Source of the DNA: Raillietiella orientalis
Lineage: Eukaryota
Assembly: GCA_036172245.1 (NCBI GenBank)
Contig: JAYWIR010000020.1
Location: 3,286,001 to 3,350,000, forward strand
Length of the DNA stretch: 64,000 nucleotides
Direction: 5' to 3'
Below are positions 13,338-26,830 of this stretch, one piece after another. How positions within the stretch are numbered: the stretch's first letter is position 1; every line of letters starts with the position of its first letter. The notes under the pieces were generated by a model. The model was not told where the DNA came from. It saw only the letters and a list, made by a program, of their open reading frames with translations, and ran no database searches. The translations under genes and the position numbers were made by a program.

Positions 13338-15509
13338 ATGTCCTCTTCAGCCATTTATATTTTGGACGTCAAAGGAAAGGTGATAAAACGAAATAATTGG
13401 ATGAAAGTAAAATCCATTTGAATTTTTCAATTTTTTTTTCTGAATCTGTGTGTGAAGGTCATGGTTTTCTGAAAATTTTAACATATGATAGTAGATCTTC
13501 TCTTGATTAAATGATTGGAACAGGCTCTGTGTTCTTCAGAGCAATCAGCCATTTTCTGCTGTCAATCGGTATTTTTACTGTGATGTGATTTTTCAATCAC
13601 ATAAATCTATTATGATGTTCATCTATAGTGTTAATCTATATGATATTGATCTATAGGGTTCATTTGCAAAATTGAAATGCAGTTGGGAAATGCTTTCATT
13701 AAAGATCCTTCTTTTTTTTTTAACCTGGGTATAACTACAGTAAATTCATTATAGTATTTCAATTGAATCCTTAATTGTTGCTTTTTTAATTGTTATGATG
13801 AAAAATTCCCATGAAGTTTTTTTTAATGCAACCTGAAGAGTATTTACTTGGCTAGATCATGGGTTGTGTTAAAAGTTAATTAAGATTTTTCTGCATCAAT
13901 TTATAAAGGAAGTTTGAAATTTTATTAAGATTAGTTTTGTGCATATATTGTACTTGGATTATATTTTTATTGATATGTGCATATATTGTAAATTTCTCCA
14001 TAGCCCCTCATCTTCAGAAATTATCGTGGAGATGTTGACACCAATGTGATTGATAAGTTTTACACTTTGTTAATGGAAAAAGAAGATGAAGGTGCTCTCA
14101 ACCCAATCATACAAACATCTGATTGCACATTTGCTTTTATCAAGCACAACAACTTGTACTGTATCCTTGTATGAATTAAAAGATGTGGAGCATTCCCTTA
14201 AGCATTGAATCTCAGTGGTATCAGCTACCAAAAAGAATGCCAACATAGCTATGGTGTTTGCATTTCTCCATAAGATGGTCCAGGTTTTTAGAGAATATTT
14301 CAAAGAATTGGAAGAAGAAAGTTTGAGGGATAATTTTGTCATTGCATATGAACTTTTGGATGAAATCATGGATTTTGGGTATCCACAAACAACTGATAGC
14401 AAGATCCTGCAAGAGTAAGTTGATTAGAGAAATCAGATGATGCATGCGTAGATACATTACACAAGAGGGCCAGAAACTCGAAGTACAGCCCCGGCCACCT
14501 CTGGCTGTAACAAATGCTGTCTCATGGCGGTCTGAAGGAATTAAGTACCGTAAAAATGAAGTCTTCCTAGATGTGATTGAATCAGTGAATCTACTGGCAA
14601 GCTCCAGTGGCAATGTGCTTTGTAGCGAGATTGTGGGAAACATCAAGATGCGAGTATATTTGTCAGGCATGCCTGAACTGCGGCTGGGACTCAATGATAA
14701 GGTGTTGTTTGAGAGCACTGGAAGGGGCAAGAGCAAGTCAGTGGAGCTTGAAGATGTGAAGTTCCATCAATGTGTGCGCTTGTCCAGGTGAATTGCAAAA
14801 TTAAAAAGTGGTTATTGCTGTTTTCATACTAGGTTTGAGAATGATCGAACAATATCCTTTGTTCCACCAGATGGTGAATTTGAGTTGATGTCCTACCGTC
14901 TCAGCACTCATGTGAGTTTTAATTTTGATTCAATGGCTTGCATCAAATTGTTTTGGCAGGTTAAGCCCCTTATTTGGATTGACTCGGTTATTGAACGCCA
15001 TGCTCATAGTAGAGTAGAGTACATGATTAAAGCCAAATCCCAATTTAAGAGGCGATCTACAGCTAATGGAGTGGAGATACTTATTCCTGTCCCTGCTGAT
15101 GCAGATTCTCCCAAATTCAAGACCACAATTGGATCTGCTAAATATAGCCCTGAATGTAATGCTGTTATCTGGACAATCAAATCATTTCCTGTAAGATCAT
15201 CAGAAAGAAAGAAAACACATTTCTTGCATTGCTTCAGGGAGGAAAGGAGTTCTTGTTGAGAGCACACTTTGGTTTGCCCAGTGTGGAAAGTGAAGAACAG
15301 GAAGGCAAAGCACCCATTCAAGTAAAATTTGAAATACCATATTTTACAACTTCTGGAATCCAAGTATGCTTTTCTGAAAGTGGTTCATCCTGACTGCATA
15401 TTCTATTTAGGTACGCTATTTGAAAATCATTGAGAAGAGTGGTTATGTTGCCCTCCCATGGGTGCGGTACATCACGCAAAATGGAGATTACCAGCTGCGT
15501 ACTCAGTGA
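13338..15509 (+). CDS. AP1M1: AP-1 adaptor complex subunit mu-1 (422 aa, 8 exons: 13338-13379, 14004-14160, 14216-14414, 14452-14787, 14833-14911, 14960-15190, 15238-15363, 15411-15509)
   Basis: MSSSAIYILDVKGK start; [108 protein letters not shown]. All introns are GT-AG and the exons sum to 1269 nt in frame. Confidence 0.97.
14161..14215 (+). other. U12-type (minor spliceosome) GT-AG intron, 55 nt, AP1M1 intron 2
   Basis: Donor GTATCCTTGT, branch-like TTCCCTTAAG at 14193-14202 about 14 nt before the AG, and no real polypyrimidine tract. Removal restores NNLY-L-VSATKKNA. Confidence 0.8.
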
Positions 15510-15592
15510 TCTTGTTAGCATTTCTAATTTATGCTTACCATCAAACTGTGGCACTGCATCTGCTCCAAACTGTTATGAAGAGACTATTAGAA

Positions 15593-15598
15593 AATAAA
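15593..15598 (+). terminator. Candidate polyadenylation signal for AP1M1
   Basis: AATAAA 84 nt after the AP1M1 stop, followed by a T/GT-rich stretch (tgtttgctgttattgg). Confidence 0.55.
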
Positions 15599-17899
15599 CA
15601 ATAATCTGATATGTTTGCTGTTATTGGAAACTGGTTCTTTCAGGACTTAGTTTCGAGTTTGTTTAGTTACCCTTCTAAGCTGTTGAGAACATGCCATGCT
15701 GATTAATGTCATATAGATTAAGAAGTTTGAAATATGTATTATAAAGCGATATTTGCGGTATTTTCATTCCCATCATGAATCTTCAGCTTGATTTGTAGTT
15801 ATTCCTTTTACACAAGGGTGATGAAACAGAAGGTGATGTAGAAATACATCTTATCTGAGATCCATCAACACACCAAGGATGACACTTGACTGAAACTTCT
15901 GAGGAGTGTTCTCAAAACAGTGCACAAGTCTCCTTGAAATAATAATGGTAGCGCCGAATTCATCATCAACATCGTGACCTTGGCTAATGTTAACTGATAA
16001 CTTAATGGTAAACATTAATTAATGTGAACTGGATGAAGGGGAAATGGAATGAGGAACTTGTCAGATGCTAGTGATAGAACTCAACTAGTGTCCAAAGTGT
16101 TACCAAGACAACTAAGCTGGATGTAAAAAGAAACAAGGCTGAAAAGAAGTAAACTGCGGTGGGCGTGTCTCCGCCAGCGGTCGACATTTCTTGTAAACAA
16201 ACCAGCTATATGTTTGGAACTAGCTGTTACCATGCAACAAGATAATTTTCTAGGATAAGAGATGACCGATCGGATTATCCTCAAAATCTGTTGTTATTAC
16301 CTATTCGTTGCAACATAAAAGCGTTCAGTCTGCATGGATTCTTTTGCAAAGTTTGGCATCCGACGATGGCAGGATTTTTTGTTTCCTCGTTACTACGTGA
16401 TATTCTTACACGTAACACGAGAAGTCGAGCTTTCATTTCCGAGTAACAACAGCGGAATACAAATAATACTAAAAAAAAAAAAAAAATAGTCAAGACGTTA
16501 CTAATTAAACGTTGTTAAATTTTGTTCGACAATATTCTCCGGGTACTATCTTGTCTCATCTTTGCATTTCTCTTCGCTGTAATTGCAAGGCATCCCTACC
16601 GTCAAAAATTAACTCCGCAGAATACGTTTTGCAAAAAATCTCCACACCTTGGCTACACTGCATTACTTGTCACAAATGATGAGTGACTTATACACGTGTG
16701 AAATGAATGAATACCAAGGCAAGTTTTCCCAAGTGGAACGGTAATCAACTGTGTGGCAGCATCGTCGCAGGCTCCTCTCTGTAACAGTCAGTCTGAAGGT
16801 CACTGGTGCTTCGCGTGAGAGCCACGGATGACCTCCACCCATAACACTAGCATGTACGAGCTGCGTGAAGAAAGTGTTTTGGATCAACTGGTACTGAGAA
16901 CTCTTAAGTTTGGGAATTAACGGCATCATTCGTCTAAAAAGGGAACTTGGTGGATCGCTCGTGGTGAAAGGAAACTGATTATGGTTCATGGAAGCTATTT
17001 TCTGAGAGCAAACGCAAAGTTCTAATCGAGAACCTTAGAAGGTTCAAACAATTCGTGGGATTTGGAAGAACATATAAAAATAGAACTCTAATGAACATTT
17101 TCAGGAAATTGCAGAAGTTAATGTGGTAAGAGCAGGAGAGAAGAAACAAGTGTATTTGGAATGGTCTAATCAGTGATTCAGTGGAAGATCTTTTGAATTA
17201 GAAGATTCAAGGTGAAGCAAGTAGCTTTTTAAGAAAGTAGACTCACAGTGGAGAAAAGAGACCCTACCTACAGTATGATCGTATGGCTTATGCTGTTTTT
17301 TCCTTTATGTTTTCTCCCGTTACTTTTTATGTGTACATTACTGTTTCCTCCACCAGCGATCTTTGGCTTGGGCAGAACTTCTTCAAACAGCGGTCCCTGT
17401 TCAAACAGTGTTGAAGTACCCACAGACATTCGATAGGAAACATACCCTTAGGTGTCACCGAAAACGATGAAAATGTAGCGAGAACTATTAAGGCAGTAAG
17501 ATGCCACGTATAGCAGTGTCTAGAGAACCAGCCCCGATAAGCGGACTGAATCGTTATTTTAGGAACAAAGAGGAGGTGCACATAAATCAGGAGGAAAACA
17601 GAATCCATCTGATAGGCTCAAGATTTTGATACGGGACTGTCATCTGGCGCTGCTATCGAAGAGATGCAACGGAAGCTGAGCAACACAAAAATCTTTCATC
17701 CAGAAGGCGAAGCAAAACGCAGAAATGGTCACAGCGCACTCGTTGTTCGATGCAACGCTGAGTTCTTGTGACCGCAAGGGTGCAACGCCAGGTACTCTCG
17801 GATATGGACAGTCATGACTTACACATCTCAGGTGAGGAAAGTCAAGAGATGCAACGCAGAAACCTGTGACACAATTTTCATTAATTCACTACGCGACTT

Positions 17900-18500
17900 C
17901 GTGCCTGCATTCGCGATCGATAACTTTCGTAGACTTAAGGAGGAGTTCTAGAGCCTTGCAAGGTCACTCTTCGATGAGCAGACCGGAATGCAGAGGTCAC
18001 GCTACAACGGGTAAGAATTCGGGATCAGACTGCAAGTGTGAAGAAACGTGGGAGAACGTAAAGTCAGGTGTGGTAGATCGATGAACACGCGGTGTTCAAT
18101 TCGTGCGTATTTCTCCTGAGTCGAGTTGGCACCCCCTCCACGAAGATTTTCCGCACACATGCAGCAGCCGCATACACGATGCCTACTCTTTCTTGAGTTG
18201 GAAGCATCGGAGAACCAGTGAGGGTGAGCTGCTAGACTCCAAGGGAAAAACATGATCCGCGTCATCAGAAGCAAAAGTGTAGTTCCAGAAAAGGGCAAAG
18301 TAATTTGGGGAATACTTAACGGAATGAGGCTTTATTACATCGATCAACGTGTGCAGTTCCTCTTTTTCAGCGTTTACATGGATCGTAATAGCATTCCGCA
18401 AGGTGTATCTGACTTCGAACACAACCTAAAAGAGTAAGATAAAACGCGGCACCTAAACAGATTCTTTGCTGCCAGGTAAAGGAACAAGAGACTGAAGGGA
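17900..18500 (+). mobile_element. Decayed non-LTR reverse transcriptase remnant
   Basis: Plus-strand peptides CLLFLELEAS (FLDL.KAFD-like, ~18180-18210) then GILNGMRLYYIDQRVQF...RNSIPQG (18308-18404; resembles the W..YL..R...V...NG.PQG RT motif region). Interrupted by stops; extent uncertain. Confidence 0.35.
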
Positions 18501-19749
18501 GTCTTGCCATATCCGTTCACATGATACACAAGGTCATCCATCCGAAGTCAAAAAGTCTTGGAATAAAAAGGTGATGGAACCACGTGAGCAGGAAGGTCTT
18601 CTAACGACCTATATGACACTTCCCTCCATCTCACTCGGACATGTCAAGATGCGGAAGCATTGAGAGCAAGAAACGTATTCGAGAAGAGCACAGAATAAAT
18701 TTCATTTCCTCTTGAAAGAGCAGACGTCTCAGAATTCAAGGAGCCAGCATGATCACCAGCGTGCGTCTCCCCATCTAGGACACATCCCGTGATTTCCAGG
18801 AGTAGGACACAATATGTGTTTGTAAATGAGGCCAAAAATGTTTGGCACCTATGAAGATATCCGCAGTGAGGCACGAAGTCCTCTCCAGCTGTGAGGAGAC
18901 CTAAGATTTCGTCTCATTTGAAGTGCGACCAGGAACCCGTTGAAAGACTTTCTTGGCTGACCTGTGGGTGTGCACCACACCAGGATAAGACAGCGTCAGA
19001 GACAGGAACTTACTGATGAACGAGATGGCAATCAATCGTGTCCTTGGAGGAGATGGCTCGAGGAACTCTGGATACTCACTAGAGCTGGAGTGAAGGAAGA
19101 AAACACCAAACAGAAAATTCCCAGGGAAAGGTGAGAGAGCTGAGGCAGGAAGTTCTTCTGCATGCCCCCGACCTTTCATGATGTGGAAAAAGAACGGGAA
19201 GGGAGAAATAAAAGAAGAGGAATTTTTCTAGGCAATCCTATTGGACCACCTCACTGGTAAGATGCTGTAGGATTTTGTGGAAGATAACTTCCTCGTTGAG
19301 GGAGATAACTATAGTAGCGTGGGAAAGGACTCGGAGACTCGGGAGAAAGAGAAGAGATGCACAGAGGGAAGGGAGGAAGCAAGGACTGAGTTGGAGAGAA
19401 TGAGTTCTTATCGCCCAAGCTCGCCCCAGAAGTATCCCGGAACGAAAAAAGCTTTACGATGAGGATGGAAAGTGGAGACCAAGGAAGGAGAGGAAGTACT
19501 ATGGAGGAGGGGACCGTACACGGAGTCCCTTGCCTTCCATTTTCCTAAGTAAGAAAGAAAAAGAAAGCTTTTCTAAAAAAGCTTGGGGGTCCTTGGAGTT
19601 GTCCCTCGCATGCCACTGGGCAACCGGACCGCAGCAGAAACCCTTTCAGTGACAACAACGCCCACCCCGGACGGATGACCATCTCTTCCTCCTTTGCTTT
19701 TCTTTTAGATTTTCTCTTAGTTGTTCGATACGGGTCGTCTCACCCAGAT

Positions 19750-22700
19750 TTATTCTCTCTTTTTCTTCCGAATGCTCTTCTCCGTGCGAGAGGGGAAACC
19801 GTTCAGTTTCTTCAGGCAGAGGCGTATCAGGAACCTCAGGGTGAAGAACAGACTCAGGAAGATGCAGAGGACGACCAAGCAGATGAAAAGCACCACATCG
19901 ACTAAATAGTACTGGAACCAGTACAGCTTTCTCCCGGCAGACAGCATGTGGTGCGCCCCTTCGTGCCGAATGACGTACTCGATCCAGTAGACTGCCCGTT
20001 CCAGGGGGGTTTCCGACTGATCTTTGAACATGGTGCCCATCTCGACAGCAGCTTGCTTGTACCTGGAGGAGAAAGACGGAAAGAAATCATTTAGGATTCC
20101 GTGGAGAACATTCCTTTACCCCGGGTTCTCTATGACCTCGTTCACGGCCTTCAGAAACAGCTCTTCGCTCAAGGAAGAGACGGGCAACCATCTTCCTGAG
20201 CCTCTCTTCTCGAGCCGCTTCATGTTGAACAGCTGATCTCCGAACAAGGGTAGTCCCAGGACCGGGACGCCGTGGTATATAGCTTCCTGGAGGCTCACCA
20301 GGTCGCCTTGCGTCAGGAAGAGCTTGACCTTCGGATGTCCTGAAACGCAAGACGCAGCATCTGGGTAGAATGACGGAAACTTTTCTCGTGGAAGGGAATG
20401 AAGGTGGAAGTGGTAATGTACATCGATCTATGAGTGCAGACGAAATGGGAAAGGAAACGAAATGCAGCACACAAAAACGTCAGAAGGGGAGGTTCAGATG
20501 GTGCATGAGCACAAACTGCCGTCTGCAATTTGGATGCGAGTGCTTTTGCCACCTCGAGAAGAGCAAGGGGGAAGGTTACATACGTTTTGACTGGAGACAA
20601 GTTTCAGAAACCACACGTTTGATGGGATAGGGTAAGAAGTTCTCGCGCTCATTAGAAAAAGTGTGTCGGGATATGGTGCGCTTCTTCTTCTTCTTCTTTT
20701 TCTTCTTCTTCTGAAGGAAGGGGAAAAAGAAGACCATCCTCTCGCCTTTCAGATGCAGGAAAGGGATTCATCCCAAAAAAGGAAAGAAAAGGAGTAACGG
20801 GAGGCAAGGAGGGAGAGCCATCAAGCATTTCGATGGCGCCACCTGCCTCCGAGACTTTTCGGGGACTGCACCTGAGAAGAACAGCAGTTGGGTCATGCAT
20901 GATCCACGGAAAAACCACCCAATGAAGGTGGGTTCATGAACACACAGCCATGATTCCACGGGCATGGGCTACGGATGGCAAGCTCAGGGGTAGCGATCCC
21001 TGTGTCTCACGAAACCCACAGTAACTGGCTGAGAATTTCTCCCGCGAGTGCAGGTTGTTGGCGAGACCACTGCACATTCCTGAGGACAGAAAGCCGCGTG
21101 GATCTCCCGGACTTTGAAACGTGTGGATTTCCGAAACTCAAACAGAAATTTCTCACGTACACAGAGAAAAACTGCGATGGGAGTGTGTGCTACACCTGAT
21201 CACACTTAGAACAACAACGACAACAGTTTGGTCTCACGCACAGGGGAACAAGATACAGGCTTCTCGTCAAGAATGGGGTTGTTACAAAAGAAACTGATAC
21301 CATACCTAAGAGATCTTGCTGCGGTAACCATTTTTCTACATGAACATTAGAAGGTAGCTTAGGGAAAGTGTCCGTCTCCCATTTTAAGAAGACAAGATAT
21401 GGCAGATTGCCCAAAACACGAAAAATGATACTCGAAACTTCTTCCGAAAGAAGACTGGCTTTCGCCATAGATCCCAGGCTGAAGACAATAAATCCTTCGT
21501 ATTTGCTAACAAGGGCTTCTAGGGTCTTCATTGCAAAATGATAAAAGTCATTAAGAATTAACATAAAGCAAGCAATTCGCACAATAAATTGTAATTGTTG
21601 ACGGACACCATGGCTGATTTCAGTCAACAGTGATACTCATGCTAATAGCATGTTGATGATTAAGCTTTGGTCACAAATAAAATCATAACTGGCAATCGTA
21701 AAATTTCAACATGGCGAGTTCCACACAAACGTAATTTCATTTTCGGTTAGGGAATAAAGAACTATCAATTATTCCCCGTAAAAACGAACCGTTCTCTAAA
21801 AAACGAATGTGCCCTCTTTTGAGCGAGTGAGACAGAGAGAGAGAAAAGGAGTCTGCTTCCAAAGATGATGCACAAGTGGACAAAATATTTGCACAAGATG
21901 TTTGGAACAACATTAAGGCAGGAGCACGGAATATGGAACAACAGATGGGTAGGATGACCGACCTCAGGATGCAGGCGAGAAACAAGGCACTCTCCTATGA
22001 CAGCGCTGGGCATCATATTCGAATTTAAGACCATTTCAAAGGTACAGAAGTTACAGAATCCAGAACCCACTTCCTGTTGCTTGATTTTCTGAGTCCAACT
22101 AGAGAGCTTAGGGTTCAGCCAAAACATTAGCGAAACTCTTCTCGATTGATTATTATTTCCTGCTTTGCTTTTCCTAATACAGAAGAAGGGGGATTTTTTG
22201 TTCTTTTTTTTTTTAGGAAAAAAAAAATTTCGTTTCGGAAACTCGTTTTTCATTCACGTGCCTCTTATGATCAGCTCTCAACAACATGGAGGGTTGTTAT
22301 TTCCAACCTATTGAGAACGACCACGCATCAGAAACGCATCTAGTTAAGTAGGGCAGGGGAGAGGTCTCCTTCCTACAAGGTCGATGCTGAGTCGTGCTCT
22401 TTCTGATGCCACTCGTACGAGGAAATTACATCTACAGTTGTAGAAAAACTATAGAAAAGTTGCAGCAAAGCCAGGATTTATGCAATCAAACAACAACAGC
22501 AAAAAGAAGAAAAAAAAAAAAGAGCTAATCCTGCGACGAGCACTTTTAAAGAACAAAATGGTTCGCAAGTCTTACCTCTCGTGCATCTTTCATGCAGATG
22601 CATTTCTTTCATGAATCTTTTCGCATCTGAGGTGTGAGGGAGCAACAGTGAAACCTTCACCTCACTACAGCGCTTACAAAAGGCATGAGGAGATACGCGA

Positions 22701-25069
22701 AATTTCGAGGAGGCAGGGCTTGGGGAAACGTTTAAAACGCTATTGACAATTTGAAATTATGCATTTGTGGTCTCGTAACTGGTGCTAATGAGCCTACACG
22801 ATAAACCTTACGAACCCATCCACAAATATAAAAAAATTCAGACAGTAAAAAAAAAAAAAAAAAATTTAAAGTCAGATGCCACAATGGGAAGGGGGGGGGG
22901 GGAATCTGGCAGTGAGAGTCATCGAGACAAAATGAAAGAAACCAAATACTCATAGACAGCAGGTATTCTTTATGGGAGTTGGGAGAACCCTCAAAAACAG
23001 CTTGCGGGAAGAGCAGGAAACGTGCTGGAGACGGGAATGGGAACGCGGGAAGGTTGAAGCAATTTCCTTTGTTCGAACCTTGGGAAGGCCACCAGGACTT
23101 TCGATCGGTGGTGGTAAGACAGAAAGAACAGGCGAGCTTAGACGCAGGCAAAGTGGCTTGCCTGGACCTAAGCTTCCACCGACTTCGGGTGTTTGGAAGC
23201 AAACACCAGCTTCCCAGCAATCATTTGCCGGATAAAACAGCTACAGAGCAGTGTGACAAAACTACGTGGTAACGACACGGAGGAGTGAGACCCGAAAACT
23301 GAAACGTGCAAAAAGGAAATTCCTTCAGAAACAAAAGGGGGAAAAATATATATCTTCCTCTCGATTTTCTAGACCGTGAGAGTGCAAGCGTCATGTTTTT
23401 GTGTTGTACATATTTATTACACGTTCGTATTAAAATCGGTACTGTCTTTGCGACCCGATGACGAGGTATGCTGCGGGGGGGGGGGGGGAAGCAACAGATG
23501 GAACATATGAATATGTTGTTGTTATTCAATGCAATTATAGGATTCATGCCGTATGTAAGGACGCGACGTGTTAGTACCAGAAAGTACACTCATCTTGTCG
23601 AAGGTGTATGAATGCAGTCTGTGATGATCCGATGAGTGCCTTCAGTTTGCGGAAAGCATTTTCCTAGAAAACCAGCTGCTGCGAAGAGAGGAAATTGGCT
23701 GCTGTTTAGGTCCGGAAGCATTCGATCGCGTGGATCTCAACGGCTCGACAGCAGCCCAATTTTTCACTTGCTGATCCGATGGCCATCTCGTCAGACGTCC
23801 ATTGAAAAGCAAAGAAAAAAACTGCGCTTCCGCGGAAACAAAAGCAAAACGGGAAGGACAGTCGCTGGTGACCGTCCTTCGGAGCAGCCGCGCAGGACGC
23901 ACACGATGGTCCAAGAGGACAGTTCGCAAGCGGTGGTATCCCCGGGCTTCCCGCCCGGATGCACACCGGAGCCAGGACGGCGAAAGATCGAAAAAGAGCA
24001 TGCAGATGGATCCGCGAGGAAACGGAGCCAGCGGCCCTGACTTCCTGCACCATATCAATTCCATGATCGCATGGCGCAGTTGCATGCTGGGAAGACTCAT
24101 CGAGTAAGAAGCTTTCCGTGCAAGCGGGCGGGCGCGTTCGCAATGTTCCTTTTTCAGCGTGCCATCGCATCGATGGCTACACGGCTCGTCCTACGAAGGG
24201 AATGCAAAACGTCAACTCACCTCGGGTAGCGGCCTGGCAGGGTGGCAGTGCAACCCTCCGACTTCCACCATGTTCGGCAATAGCTGCCGGGGTGAGTCCA
24301 TGATAAAATGGGTGTTTATGAGCACGAGGCTGGCGTTAGACATGACATCGAACAGCGATGGCACACGAAGATTGTATTTGTTTTCGATTGCGTGCTGCAC
24401 TGTAGGGAACGTGTAGACGTGATTGATGATGTAGCCGAAGATCGTGTTCCAGCAACTAATAAAACGCTGAAGCAAGTTCATGTCTTCGTCGAATCCGAGG
24501 TAGCTTGCAGGATGAATAGACGGAAGGTCTGGGTTTCCCAGGGCGGCGTGAACGTGATGAAAAAGGAAAGAAGGGCTCAGGATAATCAGATGGGCACTCT
24601 GTACAAACGACGCTGGCAGCAGGCACAAGTTAATATGACCATCGACGATGACTACGTCAAAGAGTTTCTGAGATCTATAGACTCTGTCTAAATGGGTACA
24701 GTTTAAGCACAGACCGACCCACTGGGCCTCATAATAAGACAGTACTGGAATTGGCCACGTAGTCAGCAAGCGAGACATCAAGTTCTTTGGTTTCAGGAAA
24801 TTCTGAATATAATCGTCAACGACGTGATCTAAATGCATGCCACTTTCTGGACACTTTAGTATTTCCACGCCTTGGGCGCGAGAATCCCTCGAAGTGATCA
24901 TCGTAACCTCGTGTCCTTGGCGAACCAGAGCCTCGAGAAGAGAATCAAACACGTTCTGGTGGCTCTTCGAGGAAAACAGAAGAGCTGCCAATATTCGGGC
25001 CGGCATCACCGGCTTTGGCGACGCGATGATAGCGATGCAGAGGACAGCGGAGAGAGAGACGATTCGCAT
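19750..25069 (-). CDS. UDP-glycosyltransferase (GT1/UGT family), 533 aa, 4 exons: 25069-24221, 21525-21306, 20339-20120, 20062-19750
   Basis: Signal peptide MRIVSLSAVLCIAIIAS; SKSH catalytic His region; RQGHEVT; DVVIVD; EVGGLHCHPARPLP; FIVFSLGS; signature [58 protein letters not shown]; C-terminal TM helix and KKRE* ER-retrieval motif. GT-AG junctions, 1602 nt in frame. Confidence 0.93.
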
Positions 25070-26531
25070 CTCGTTAGGAGAATTTTGGAGCTTCGATCCT
25101 TTCAGTTTTCTATGCCGTCTGCAAGTGGAAAAGGTTTCATTACAAAAGGCAGACAGAAGGGAGGAATTTAGATCACAATAGAAGATGAGCATTTTCGCGG
25201 AGAGCACTAAGGTCTCCAAAACGAGAGACGGAAGTTGCAGACGTCAGTTCCCCATCACCTCAACACCCCTATTTCTAACTTGGATTCTTTCTGCTCCGCC
25301 CTACAGCGGTAACGGTGATGGGTCTCTCTTGAGCGTGAAGAACGAACGGGTATATCACTTTCAAAGCAGTTGGCCCTACAACTGTGCCAGAATGTGCTGA
25401 TCAAGGATATCCCGATTGGTGCAGAATGCTGAATGCACCCGCAAAGTTGACCAGCTGCTAGATCCGGTGAGTACAGCATCCAACAGCTTTCACATCCATC
25501 CGAACTTTTATCGACAACTGAACGGTGAATAGCGAATATTTTTATCCGTCTCGAGATAAGGGCACATCTAAAACTTTTTGCATTTTCCCAGCTAATCTTT
25601 AAATTTACTTTTTTTTCTTCCCCACGCTGCTATCACCCCAGTATTCGCTAAAGCGGTACAGCTGGGAAACCAAGCCGTTTTCACACGTACCAGGAAGTCT
25701 TGGTTGAATCTCCATAACTTTCCCATTACTGTTTTTTCTCTCTTTTTTTTAATCTTCAAAATTTGCAGCCCATGCCAATGGTGCCGAAGTCGCAAACACG
25801 AGCTGAGCCGCCGCTCCGTCGAATGGTTTTCCCGCCAGATGAACTTCAACCCATGATAAATCTATAAACGCTATTCACGTTTTCGACGGGGTTTTTTATC
25901 AAAAACTTGTGTCCACATGTTGGGTATCGCTGCACTTGCGGTTATCCCATGTGAACCTCCAGCACGAGCACCTCCTCCTCCTCCCCCTACGACCTCCGTC
26001 ATGCCCTCTCGTAGAAAAGAAACCATCGAGCACTGCGTCCACGGCGCCGAGCAGGTTCATCTTCCCCAAAAGGCTTTGCAAGATGACAGCAGAAAAGTTG
26101 CTGCTACGAATCTCTAAAATCAGCAGCCGTCAAGCATTTCCCCGCGATGGAGGCGAAGGCTCTCTCTCTCTCACATACCCAAAAGAAACACACCATGGAA
26201 ACTCATACGCGCATATGTGAAACGGGACGGTACAAAAAAAAAAAAAAAATGCTCCACGCACACACAAAGCTGCTTCTGCTCTGCTGGTCTCCACGGTGAG
26301 CTTTTGGAAACAACAACAAAATGAGAAGAAAGAACAGACTCATTCGTTTTCTTCTGCCTTTGTCTTCGTTTCTTGCGTCCCCCTTGCATCCCGAGTTAGG
26401 GAACAGCTCGTGAATTTTTCATCCTCAATCACCAAACTCCGACAAAGTTGCAAATTTCGAAGGAGAGGAAAAGAAAGGAAAGGAAGAAAAGAAAAGGAGA
26501 GAGAGAGAGAGAGAAAAAAAAAAGGGGGTAC

Positions 26532-26830
26532 CTGCGTCCGGAAATCGACTACGGCGTGCCTACGATCCACTCCCGTCTAACCGGCCGACAGAGTTGCGGC
26601 GGCCTCATCGTTCAGCCCCACGCACGAATGCTTACGGAGAACTGTCACGTGATCTGCCCGCGACGTAATTTGCCTGTGGAAACCAAAAAAGCCGGCCGCA
26701 CCCGACGCCGGCGTTGCCGATTGTTGCCGGCCCCGTCGAACGCCTACTTTGCGCTTCTCCCCGCTGCTACGCAACCCAACTTTTTGCCTCCCCCTCCCGC
26801 CGTTTCCCCCCGAGAGCAGTAGCTTACAAG
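26532..26830 (-). promoter_or_regulatory. CpG-rich segment: possible promoter / non-coding first exon of the UGT gene
   Basis: CpG-dense block with a minus-strand CAG|GTACC donor (GT at 26531-26530) and an E-box GTCACGTGAT near 26644. An acceptor (ttttccacttgcag, ending 25119) lies 49 nt before the UGT ATG, implying an upstream untranslated exon. Linking the two is inference. Confidence 0.25.

Noticed and set aside
19595..19650. HDV-like ribozyme resemblance (tccctcgc...gccactgggcaac)
   Set aside because: No upstream P1 strand complementary to TGCCACT and no convincing P2/P3 pairing.
25070..25219. N-terminal extension of the UGT in the ORF track (upstream ATG at 25192)
   Set aside because: A good acceptor ends at 25119 and the signal peptide starts at 25069, so the upstream ATG is probably intronic.
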